Below, piece after piece: positions 24,628 through 36,541 of a DNA stretch of 64,000 nucleotides. The notes under the pieces were generated by a model, which worked only from the letters and a program-made list of their open reading frames with translations, was not told the origin of the DNA and did no database searches. Within the stretch, counting starts at the first letter, position 1, and each line of letters starts with the position of its first letter. Source of the DNA: Azolla caroliniana. Its lineage: Eukaryota > Plantae > Polypodiophyta. The stretch spans positions 9,052,001 to 9,116,000 of the forward strand of contig JBHGNT010000017.1 in the NCBI GenBank assembly GCA_043228905.1, given 5' to 3'. Position numbers and translations under genes: made by a program.

Positions 24628-27488
24628 ATGTTATTGCTTGGTATGCGAAGAGGGAAGTCTTTCAAAGAATCTCTCAAATGTTTGGAAGCAGACATACAGC
24701 ACGCCAACACTCTGTGAGTTACTTTCTTGCATCTTTGCACTTCCAGCTCTACTGTTTTTCTTCTCTTAAAAAAACTCTTAGTATTTCTACCGTTTTCTTC
24801 CTGATTTTCTTCTCTAAAACATAGTTTTCCCCTTAATTTTCTTCTTCTTCTCTCACATTCTAGTATCTCTATCGTTCTTTGTCCTTTTCCCTCTCTAAAT
24901 TTCTAGGATTTCGGTTTCCCCATTTTTTTTTTTGTCTCTTTTTTTCCTTCCAGATTTCTTTTAATATTCGTTCTCAAAATTATTATATATCTATCTATCG
25001 ATCTTTCCATTGAAATTTTAAACAAATGTTGATTTGTGTTTAATACTATCTCTACATTCTAGCGTTCTGTTTGATTTGTAATGCTAAATTTGAATTAAGG
25101 TTTCTTTTTATGCTTGCTTTCGTGAAAGCAATACCTCTGTTTTGTATTTTTGGCAATGGAGTAATTCAACTAGGTTGCACATGTGTTTTAGCTAGTAGTC
25201 GTTACTGTGATGGTATGCGTCAGACCCATATTTTTATTTGTAACTATGAAATCTGACCCAACCCCCTGTCATTTACGGTTTGATAAATGCTGTCATATAT
25301 GCATAGTTGACAGTAAAGAAGGAACAGGGAAAGTCTGACAATGGACGAACCACAATTCCTTGGCCTAAAACTAGCAATGAGAAAAAGGAAGATTATTCGT
25401 CAGATGTGCATACAAGAACATGTCCATGAGTTAGCTACTTTAAGATTTAATTATTCACAATTGGTACAATCTAATTTAAATCCACATAGAACAAGCTAAT
25501 GTTAGCCTTGGAATGTTGAGGGTATAGATCAGAGTAATTCAAGCAAAGGTTATTTTCTACAAAACAGGAGAGACAGCCACCCCACATTGTGTTGGACAGA
25601 ACATGTTAAAGTTTATAGATGGAAGAATATTTCAAGAAAAGAGGGATAAATATAAAACTTGTTAAAACTATAGATACAAGAATATTGCTAGAAAAGATGG
25701 ACAGTTCTACAAACAGAGGGATGCTCACAGAGAAACTGCTATTCTGCGTTTCGTTGGACAGAAACATGTTAAAGTATTAGCTGTAAGAACATAGCTGTGT
25801 TTCAATGGATATTTCTAGAACGTGCTGAGGTGACAGATACAAGAACATTGCTAGAAAATATTGATATTTCTAGAAAAAGAAGGGTGCCTATTCTTCATTT
25901 CATTGTTAGAAATATGCATATGAAATGCTTGTTTTGTGCAAACTTTTGATTCAAGCTACAAATATGTAAAATGATTGGCAATTCAAAGGACGACAAACAG
26001 TGAGACTGTTTGTGAGATGAGGAAGATCTGAAAGAAGCAGAGGTTTTTGGCGGAAATTAGGTGTGTAGGAAGGGCAAGGGAATAATTGTGAGGCCATATG
26101 CCGAGTTTTTAATGGTCTCTATACATTTGCAAGTTGTTCATGGTATTCTGCTTTGCTTGTTTTTGTCACAATCTGCGGTTCTTCAGCATAACATGAATGT
26201 AGTCCAATTTATTTCATGTACAGAGCCTTGGAGTTCCCAAGGGATTATGATGGAGCATGCTTGCAAATGAGGCTTTCATACAGTCCAGCAGCCCATTTTT
26301 TCTTGTTTTTGGTTCGCTGGGCTAACTGTAGTTTAGCTGGTGCACTCGGTCTCCTTCGCATCCTCATTTATAAGGTTACCATTGCTTTCTGAAATACCAT
26401 AAAAATCGGTTTGGCTACACTGTAATGATATTGGAATCTTTACACACATTTTAGGTTTATAAAGATGGAACAACTACAATGTCAACATATGAAAGGAAAT
26501 CTACCATTCGAGAATTTTATGGTATTTTACTTCATATATTTTTCTATTGATTATGGTATTGTTCGTTATAATTCTACAATCAGATATTGTACTCTGCAGC
26601 CTATATTTTACCTTCATTGCAACAATTGCAAGGAGGTATAACTGAGGTGGAAGACTTGAAACAGAAAGTTATCTGCATAGACAGGTGTAAGAAAAGGTCT
26701 GAGGATGTGAAGCCAGATTTAGATCTGGAATGGGAGCAGGAATGTGGCATTTGTATGGAAAACAATACCAAAGTCGTCTTGCCTGACTGCAATCATGCAA
26801 TGTGCCTCAAATGCTTCCGGGATTGGTGAGTGAAAGAAGATTAAAATTTAACGGGTTTTTAGATTGTTATCCATAACATCCATGCATCCTTTGTATATGA
26901 TATATGTATGTATGGATATGTACACATGGGTGCATATGTATGTATACTTTGATGTATATATGTAAGTATATGTATGCACGGACACACATGCACAACACAT
27001 ACAGAGACATACACATGCAGATTATAGACATATATATGCATGTATGTATCTAATATGCATGATGTATGTATGCGCACATAGACATCCATCTATCCATCCT
27101 TCTATCTACAAACATAGTTAAAGCCGGTTTATATGATTGTGTCAAGTAATCTACATGGCTATGATCAAGAAAACGATTCAAATGTAGTAATGAGCTAATC
27201 TCCAAAATGTCCTCTTCTACTGTTCAATTTTTGTGTCTTCAGATAATTTAAAATGGTCAAATTTTTGAATGGTACAGGCACTCTCGATCTCAATCATGCC
27301 CCTTCTGTCGGGATAGCTTGAAGCGAGTGAGTTCGAGGGATCTTTGGGTATACACAGAGTTGTGTGAGGTCCAGGACACTGCCACTCTTACAAAAGAGAA
27401 TCTTAAGAGGCTTTTCACATACATCGATAAGTTGCCGCTCTTGGTATCTGAAAGTGTTTTTGCAGTATATGATTCACACTTGAAGTAG
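24628..27488 (+). CDS. AIRP2: AIRP2-like C3HC4 RING E3 ubiquitin ligase, 246 aa, exons 24628-24713, 26224-26374, 26455-26521, 26600-26825, 27278-27488
   Basis: Spliced protein MLLLGMRRGKSFKESLKCLEADIQHANTLALEFPRDYDGACLQMRLSYSPAAHFFLFLV...ECGICME...CNHAMCLKCFRDWHSRSQSCPFCRDSLKRV; all introns GT-AG with consistent phase; 741 nt, no internal stop. Symbol denotes family, not proven orthology. Confidence 0.93.
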
Positions 27489-30074
27489 TAGTGGTGGCCC
27501 TGCTTGTAGATAAAAAATTGTATTAAAAAACATTCAGTCAGCCATATGATTAAAATGTACATATTAATATGTGACTGGCTGATATATGATCATGTTTGAG
27601 GTTTCAGAGGTTTCGGCATTCATTCTTAAGACAGGCAGACATGAGAAATCAAGGGAGTATTTACATCTGAATGGGACTTGATAAGTCTTACCTCTTTTGT
27701 AGTTTGGAGAAAACTCGAATTTCATACTGGGTGTGCACGAGCTCATAAATATGAGAAGGCCACTAAGTATTGATATAGGAGTTTGTAGATCCACAACATG
27801 TTTGTATTTTTGGGTTTGGTGTGATCTTGATGATATGGTTCAAATAAGAACTGATATATCAAAAAACTGAAATTGTATTGCATGTCTAAAAGTAGTGTTA
27901 CATATTTGTAGTGTTAGTGTCTCATCGTTCTTCCAAATTGTTACAGTTATCCCTAAATAAAACAAATTGCACTCAATGAAATGTTGTGTGCGTAATTTGT
28001 ACAGATACTGACAAGTTCTTTAAGAGGCCCATCTAGCAATGGATCAACAGAAAAATAGTGATTCATAATCTGCATTGTTTTTTTCCAATGCCGACTGTTG
28101 GATCTTAATTTCATTATTATTAAAGAGAATTGTGAAGCATTGCTAGATTTGTTGGAGGGGTGACTTGATGCGTGATTAGGAAGAAATATTAGATGAAGTG
28201 TATGTTCTTGCACAAATTGTTTGCATTGAACACGGTTTCTGATGATTTGTTTTACCAGATGTGTTATATAGGATGATAGGCTTCCCTGTTATTTCGATTG
28301 TACTCATGAAGGATAAAAATCAGGATTGATGATAATGAATCTGTTCTGTACAGTGTCAATGAAATCCTTCATGAGTTATGGTATTATTTAATGCATTATT
28401 TCTAAATAATGCTCTCGACAATTGTTAGTACTATTTTCAATGTTGTCAAATAGTGTGCGACTATATAGAGCTAATAACAATGTAGTCATGTGCTCTACTA
28501 TATGATATGTCAAAAACTATTGCATGGCTCTATTTGCTTTCCTCAACAACGTTGTTATTTTTTATTTGTGTTTGAATCCATATCCTTGTAACAACCTTTG
28601 ATGATGCATGAATATATAAGGATTCTATGCTTGACATGCTCATTGATTATTGCTCTATGTTTTAGATGGCTGATTCTGTCCAATGTCAAATCAAACATTT
28701 CTATGCCTAACTTTGTCATCGATAAACTGTAGTAGTTTGTGTACATAAATCCCATGTTTAGGACTACAACAAAGACAACCTATTTTGTAAGGAGGTAACA
28801 CAAAAATATTTGAGCTACATAACTAGGTTCGATAAAAACACATTTACCATATGTTTTAAATGGGAATGTTTTAAATCCAAGAATAAATTAGCAAAAAACA
28901 TACTCTTGCCATTAGGAGGGATTAAACCATCAATAAATGCATAAAAAAATACATCATGCTAAGCATCGATTTTACATGAACAATATTAGTGAGAGGCAGC
29001 AAAATGCAACTATAGCATACATGAATGATAATCAGAGACCCCGTAGTTCGTAGTACATGAAATCATGTAGTCCATAATAGTTCATTGGGACTAAGGAACT
29101 TTGACAAAACAAATATCCGTATTTAAAATGGAAGTTAGGAATCTTATCTTCTAGATAGTGGAACTTCTCTTTTTGAACATTTTGTGACAAACCAGGGGAT
29201 TATTTTAAAGGCCCTCTCATTTGAAATGTGGGGAAAACACAGTTGTTTATTTTCCTTTATGTATGGGGTTGTTAATTTTATGATAGCGACAATATAGACA
29301 AACCTGTTTGTCTCTATATAAACTTAAATAACCAGATTCAAATTAAGAACAGATGGAAATCCTTTCAATCTTACCTTGAATGAATATGTACTCAAGGATG
29401 TCTAGATTTCCTTTATAGGAACCAAATTTGGAGAACCATCTCAAATGCCCATTTATTGGACACAAGCATTGAGCCAAATCAGCACATAAACCCTGATGCG
29501 GTGCCATTGTTTCCTTGGAAAAAACTTTAAAATTGATCAACACGTGATTGAGTTGATTTCTCACATTTCTTAGATTTTTCTTACATAATTCAGTTTTAAT
29601 TGTTCTATTTGATAATATCCTTTCTTGACATTAGATGTTGTCATCCTTGTTGGATTATGCTTGAAAATTTAGAATCCCTATGTAATCTTATTGTTAAAGG
29701 TTGTATAACACAAATCCAAGAGATTTAGGTTCAAGTTTCTTACCATTTTCATAGTTCTCAAGTTCCACACAAGTTAGTTACAAATTGTCATTTAAGTAAC
29801 CAAAGTTTCACATTGGGATTATGTGTCATTATTGTGACTTTTTGTAAACCATGCGACAAGTTATATAATCAATATCTTGAACCTAAGTTTCACATTGGGG
29901 GATCACTATTGTGACGTAATGCAAATATCCCTTGACCATATGACAAGTTAGATTTCTTGGATAACATGATGTCTACACACATAAATGAGATGCCACTTCA
30001 TTTAGACCTTCCGTCACATTCACATATGTAAAGAATTGGATATGATTTTGTGCATGGAAAGACGTGTGTGTGCG

Positions 30075-30076
<2 letters not shown>

Positions 30077-30148
<72 letters not shown>
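30077..30148 (+). repeat. (GA)n microsatellite within LTR
   Basis: Long pure GA run. Confidence 0.95.
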
Positions 30149-30150
<2 letters not shown>

Positions 30151-33100
30151 AATGTATATAGAAAACAAGAAATCTATATTAACAAGACGCAAGAGTGAAC
30201 CAACAGTTACAAAGAGGAGGAGAAGGTGCTTATGTAGTCACCTTCTCTCTATGTTCTCTCACTACAACCACCACTTAGAAAAGAGGTGGAGACTTAACGA
30301 CCTACTAAATATATGTCATAGGACTTAACTTCTATGATACTTAGTTTATGATACAAGGAGGTGGGATGTTCGCACACTTGGGTATTCCAAAGGTGTGTTC
30401 CCACACTAAGGAAGTTGAGTTTGATTCTCAACACGCCCCTTCAAACGCAACTTTTGGTTGCCGAATAGTTGGTTCGGATTGGTCTTTGGGTCGGCTCCAA
30501 CGTTGTTCAGTTTGGTTGGATCGGGTCTTACTCTATACTCCCCCTCAAGCTCGGGTGGTTGGTGGTCGAGAGATCTAGGTTTGTCGTGAACTGCCGTAGC
30601 TTGTCGACTCCGAGAGCCTTCGTGAAAATGTCGGTCGCTTGGAGGTTCGCACTGATGTGTTGAAGGTCGACATCTCCGGCTAAGACACGTTCTCGGGTGA
30701 AGTGATAGTGCACCTCAATGTGCTTAGTCCGAGCATGAAAGACTGGGTTCTGAACCAGATGAATGCTACTCATGTTGTCATAGTAAAGGAGAATTGGATC
30801 TGTGATGGGAACAACCAGATCCTTCAAGATTCGTTTCAACCAAACGACTTCACATGTAGCCACTACCACGCCCTTGTATTTGGCCTCTGTGCTCGACAAT
30901 GCGACTGTCGACTGCTTCTTACTGTTCCACGATATGGCTCCACTACCAAGGGAAAAGACAAATCTTGATGTTGATCGTCTGTCGGCTTTGTAGCCGGCCC
31001 ACTCGACATCGGTGTACCCTTCGAGTTGATTCGGTGTGGCCGCGTCGTATTGGATGTCGCAATCCAACGTACCGCTTACATAGCGTAACACTCGCTTAAT
31101 ACAGTCATTGTCTGCATAAACTGGCTAAGGAGGCCAACTGGATAACTGAGGTCGGGTCGGGTAATGGTGAGGTAGATCAGGCTTCTGATGAGCTGTCGAT
31201 AGTCAGTTGGCTCACACTCCTTTGTACTGGAGTTGACATCCAATTTTAGATTTCGATCGAGGGGGGTAGCAATGAGCTTACACTCTATCATCCCAAACTT
31301 GAAGAGCAGATTGAGGATATGGTGTAGTTGGAAGATCATGATGCCCGCAGGAGTTCGAATTACTTCTATACCTATCTGAAAGTAATGTAGCTCCTTCAAG
31401 TCTTTCATTTCGAATCGGCCGGAGAGTAATTTCTTAATGTGCTGTCCTCTAATGTCCAAGTCATCCACATAAATTATGATGAATAGCTGTCCTCTGGAGT
31501 CATTCCGGATGAATAGAGAATTGCCGGACTTGGACATTTTGAAGCTGATTTGGTGAAGATAGTGGGTTATCTTCGAATGCCATGCTCTAGGTGCTTGCTA
31601 GAGACCGTAGAGAGGCTTTTAGAGTCGGTAGAGAGTAGTCGGATGTGTACTCGACTTGAATCCAGGTGGTTGTACCATGTACACCTTCTCATCTAATTCG
31701 CCTTGGAGAAAGGCGTTCTTGCCGTCCATCTAATGGAGGTGCCACCCTTTTGCTGCTGCAAGCGATCATGGTTCGGATGGTAGTCATCCTTTCCACTGGG
31801 GCAAAGGTCTCTTCATAATCGACCCCGTGTGTCTATGCATACCCTTTTACCACAAGCCGGGCCTTATACCAATTGACGGTGCCGTCGGCGTTGTGCTTCA
31901 CCCTCAAGAAATGTTTCCGGCTCTCGAATTGTCGCCACATTCATCATGAATGCATAATGATATGCCATGTAGTCATTGTAGCTGAATTGGATGGCCTTGT
32001 TCTTCTCTCGGGTGGATCGACGGAGTTGTTCGCTTGTGTTGAGAGATCAAGCTCAACTTAGTTTAGTTATTTAATCAACCATGTAACTTCGTAGTTACCT
32101 AGATAGAATCTAGTTATGAGTGTTGACTATAATGCCTTAAATAGGACCTTGTACTTAAGTGGGATATTCTAGATCCTCCACTCCTAAGTACATTTAATAT
32201 AGGACTTACACCTTAGTACCTATATTCTACTCACAAATGTGCACCTTTGCACATGAGATGTATATATACCTCATTGTGGGTATTTTTGTATTGGATGATA
32301 ATGATGATAATGCTAATTTAATATAGAGTTAATCATCCCCCATCTTGTGTTGTTCATAAGTGTTAACTTCCTCTCTCTCTCTTCCTCTCACACACATACA
32401 CATACATATCACTTAATCTTCCGCTTATCAACTAATCACATAATTAGGTACTAATTAACCCATAGTTAATCACCTAATTCTTAACATGGTATCAGAGCGT
32501 GTGGTTTAGCACATCTACTAAGCCCATCCACCTCTTCGTGATTGTGTGTTTGAAATGCCGACGACAAATTCTAGTTATTCGCTCCACTAAGCCCATCCGC
32601 CTCTTCGCTACCATAGTGCCACTACGTAGCACGAGTACGTGATCGAAGGAAGAAAAGAAAAACGTAAGACACTATAATCAACATGAACACACAAATGGGT
32701 AGCTCGCTCCCTAGTGAAAAGCTAGACCGGAGCAATTATTCATGTTGGGAGTACAAGATGATCCAATACCTCATCGGCCAAGGGTATTGGAGCTACATCA
32801 ACGACGCACAAGAAAATCGACCTGACTCAAAGAACGCCGACTACACAACATGGGAACAAGCGGCGAGTCGAGTCATGTATTGCTTGGCAACATGTGTCGA
32901 TGATCACATGCTTAGCCACATTTGAAAAGCCAAGACGCCTAAAGAGGCATGGGGGAACTTGAAGAAGATGTTCACTGCCAACACGATTGCTTGAAAGATT
33001 CAACTCCGACAAGAGTTGAACAACATTTGACAATAAGATATGTCTATGTCGGACTACACTGCCAAAATCAAGAGCATTTGCGACTCGCTTGGCTCCATCA

Positions 33101-35884
33101 ACATAAATGTCGATGAAGACGAGATGGTTCAAGCATGCTTGGGCGGCCTCACACAACAATTTGATCCATTATGGATGGCAATCTTGGTGAGGGAAAACCC
33201 TCCTTCGTTCTTCGACCTCCAATCAATGCTATTGGTCGAAGAGAACCACGTCTGAACCAATACGAAGACGTCGGAAGGCCAAATGTTCTTCTCAAGTTCA
33301 GACAGTGGCCGAGGATGAGGTCATGACGGTAGAAGAGGTCAGTTCGGCCCATCATACGAAGGGAACTCAAACCTTCACGGAAGCCATTGAGGAACCTTCA
33401 GAAGAAGGGGGAGCTTCCATGCCGAACAAGGTCGGAAAATGAGGCCCACAACTTGCAACTATTGTGGAAAAATCAGCCACCGCGAAGAGGAGTGCCGAAA
33501 AAGAAGAAGCGAGTCAGCTTTGACAAGTCAACAACTCACGAAATTACGCCACCAACTCCGAATATAACGACTACGACGGACTATTCGTAATGAGGCATTG
33601 AACGAACTCTATGTCGGCCTCGGACGTCGCAAGCACCTCCAATTCGGAAGACGTGTGGTTTGTTGATTCCGGAGCTTCACATCACATGGAATCCCACAAA
33701 GAGTGGTTGAATGACTTGCGTACACCGGACCGACCCGGCTTCATAGAGACGGAAGACGACACCACACATCCCATTCGGCACATCGGCAATGTTCCATTCG
33801 GCAACGATGGAAAGAACAATTGCACCAAGAATGTCTTGCACGTGCCTACGATAACAAAGAATTTGGTCTCAGTAGGCCAAATCGTGGAGCAAGGAATGGA
33901 AGTCCGCTTCAACAACGAAGGTTGTTTCATTGAGAAAGATGGCCGACTCATAGCTAGGGGACGGAGAGACGGTCAAATGTTCATCCTCGATTCGAATGAG
34001 GTGAAATCAGCCATGTATGCCAAAGGTCTCAAAACTGAGACAAGCATCGAGTTGTGGCACAAAAGAATCAGCCACGTAAACCTCCAACAGCTTCGAGCAA
34101 TGCAATCAAAGCGAGTCGTCATCGGACTTTGGCATTCGAGTCGAAACGAGTCGACCGAGTATGGGAAGCATGCCAACTCGGCAAACAACATCGACTCCCA
34201 TTCCTGAAGGAGAGCTACGCAAGCAAAGGCCTCCTCGACATCATACACTCGGATATATGGGGACTGACTCAAATGCCAACGATCGGCGGATGCCGATTCT
34301 ACGCCACCTTCATCGACGACTACTCGCGCTACGCGTGGATCTTCCCGATGAAGAAGAAGAGCAAAGTGTTCTCCCACTTCAAAAAGCTCAAGGGCTAAGT
34401 CATAAACGAAACCGGTCGGCACATTCAATGCCTACGATCGGATGGAGGCAAGGAGTACTTCTCCGATGAAAGTCGGCCTACCTCCAAAGTGAAGGCATTC
34501 AGAGAAAATTCTCATGTCGACACACACCCCAACGAAATGGAGTCGCCGAAAGGAAGAATCAGCAAATACTCGAGGTAGTACGGGCCATGTTACATGAGAA
34601 GCACATGCCGAACTTTTATTGGGCCAACGCGGCATTCACGACCGTCTATCTCATGAACCAGTGCACCACTAATGGAGTGCATGAGCTAACTCCATATGAG
34701 CTCCTCATCAGAAGGAAGCCGATCTAGTCGCACCTCAAGGTGTTCGGAAGCATTGTGAATGCGCGCACCCCGAACAAAAACCAACAGAAGCTCAACGCGA
34801 AGTCGGAGAAATGTATCCTCATAGGATACTCGTCCGAGAAGAAGGCATACAAGTGCTACAACCCTTCTACCCGAGCAGTTCGGATAAGTCGAGACGTAGT
34901 CTTCGATGAGTCCGCATCCTGGTACGCACTAGAGACAACTTCGCCTCTGACACAGATTCTGCTTGACTCAGAATCCGCTGAACAAGAGGTAGAAGATGGA
35001 GATCGCTTTAAACACATGTTCAAAGAAAGTCTGATTACAACAAGCCTTAGTGGGCCACAAGAGCCCCCGAGTGACCCAAGCACATCGCGGCCAAGTCCGC
35101 ACTTGGACAAAGGCAAAGGTAAGAAGCCCGAATATGAAGTCGACCACCCCGACAACAGTGATTCAGATGTGTCAGCTCGCTCATTAGACAGGGAGTTTGG
35201 TGTATCCATCATGCAGACACCTGGACTAAAGAAGGCGCTCACATCAGCGAGCGAAAAACTTTGACGTTCATCTAGAGCTAAGAATCCTGTTGGCTACGAG
35301 TACATGGCCATTATACCTTCACGTTGAAGGTAGTGGCCGAACAAGAGCCCAAGAGCTCTACAAAAGTGCCTCATAACCCACGACCGGTGGAAATAGTTGG
35401 CCTTCTCCCACACTCTAGAAGCCTTCGTCACTGGCTTGAGGGGGAGGAACCAAGATTGCCTCGGAAAGGCCGAAGAAAGCCGAAGGCTGGATGGAAGCAC
35501 ACAAAGCCAACGAAAGCCAAAAACAGATGTCAGATGCCTCACACTTGAGCTTGAGGGGGCGTGTTGAGAGATCAAGCTCAACTTAGTTTAGTTATTTAGT
35601 CAACCATGTAACTTCGTAGTTACCAAGATAGAATCTAGTTAGGTGTGTTGACAATAATGCCTTAAATAGGACCTTGTACTTAAGTGGGATATTCTAGATC
35701 CTCCACTCCTAAGTACATTTAATATAGGCCTTACACATTAGTACCTATATTCTACTCACACATGTGCACCTTTGCACATGAGATGTATATATACCTCATT
35801 GTGGGTATTTTTGTATTTGATGATAATGATGATAATGCTAATTTAATTTAGAGTTAATCATCCCCCATCTTGTGTTGTTCATAA

Positions 35885-35920
35885 ATCGCGTTCATGTTCA
35901 CAAGTGGAAGGATCGCGCAT
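35885..35920 (+). repeat. Left terminal inverted repeat
   Basis: ATCGCGTTCATGTTCACAAGTGGAAGGATCGCGCAT. Confidence 0.92.
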
Positions 35921-36263
35921 TCCACTTGTAGAATCTTCTTGAAAATATCCAAATATACCCTCTCTACAAAAATTGGATACACTAGTATCACATGTTCCAC
36001 AACTTGATTAGAATTTGCAAATATAAAAATACATGATAGGTCTCCGAGTGGAGAACATTAGAAATTCAAATAAGTTTGGATGTGTTGATAAGTTAATGTA
36101 GGCATAATAAAGTTCAACAATGGCTCAATATCTCACTAATGTGCGACATGGCAAACACTAAGTTAAAGACTTATATTATTTTGGTAAGTTTTACAAAAAT
36201 ATGAGGTGTACTTGTAACCATACTAATAAGATGAGTTATAATTTATACTTTGACCCGTACTCG

Positions 36264-36541
36264 TATGTATATAATTGTGGACAATGTAGGATAGTGAACT
36301 TTAGGATAATGTGATTGGAATAACAAACTTATTAAGGTATTTAATACTTGTATTTAAAGTTGATCTAATCTATTCCTTAGTTTGTTCACATGGGATCAAA
36401 CCATATGTATATAATTGTGGACAATGTAAGACAATGAACTTTAGGATAATGTGATGGAAATAACAAACCTATTAAGGCTTTCAATACTTGTATTTAAAAT
36501 TGATCTAATCTATTCCTTAGGTGATTCACACGGGATCAAAC
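36264..36541 (+). repeat. ~140-bp tandem duplication in the transposon's left subterminal region
   Basis: TATGTATATAATTGTGGACAATGTA...GGGATCAAAC occurs twice in tandem. Confidence 0.85.
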
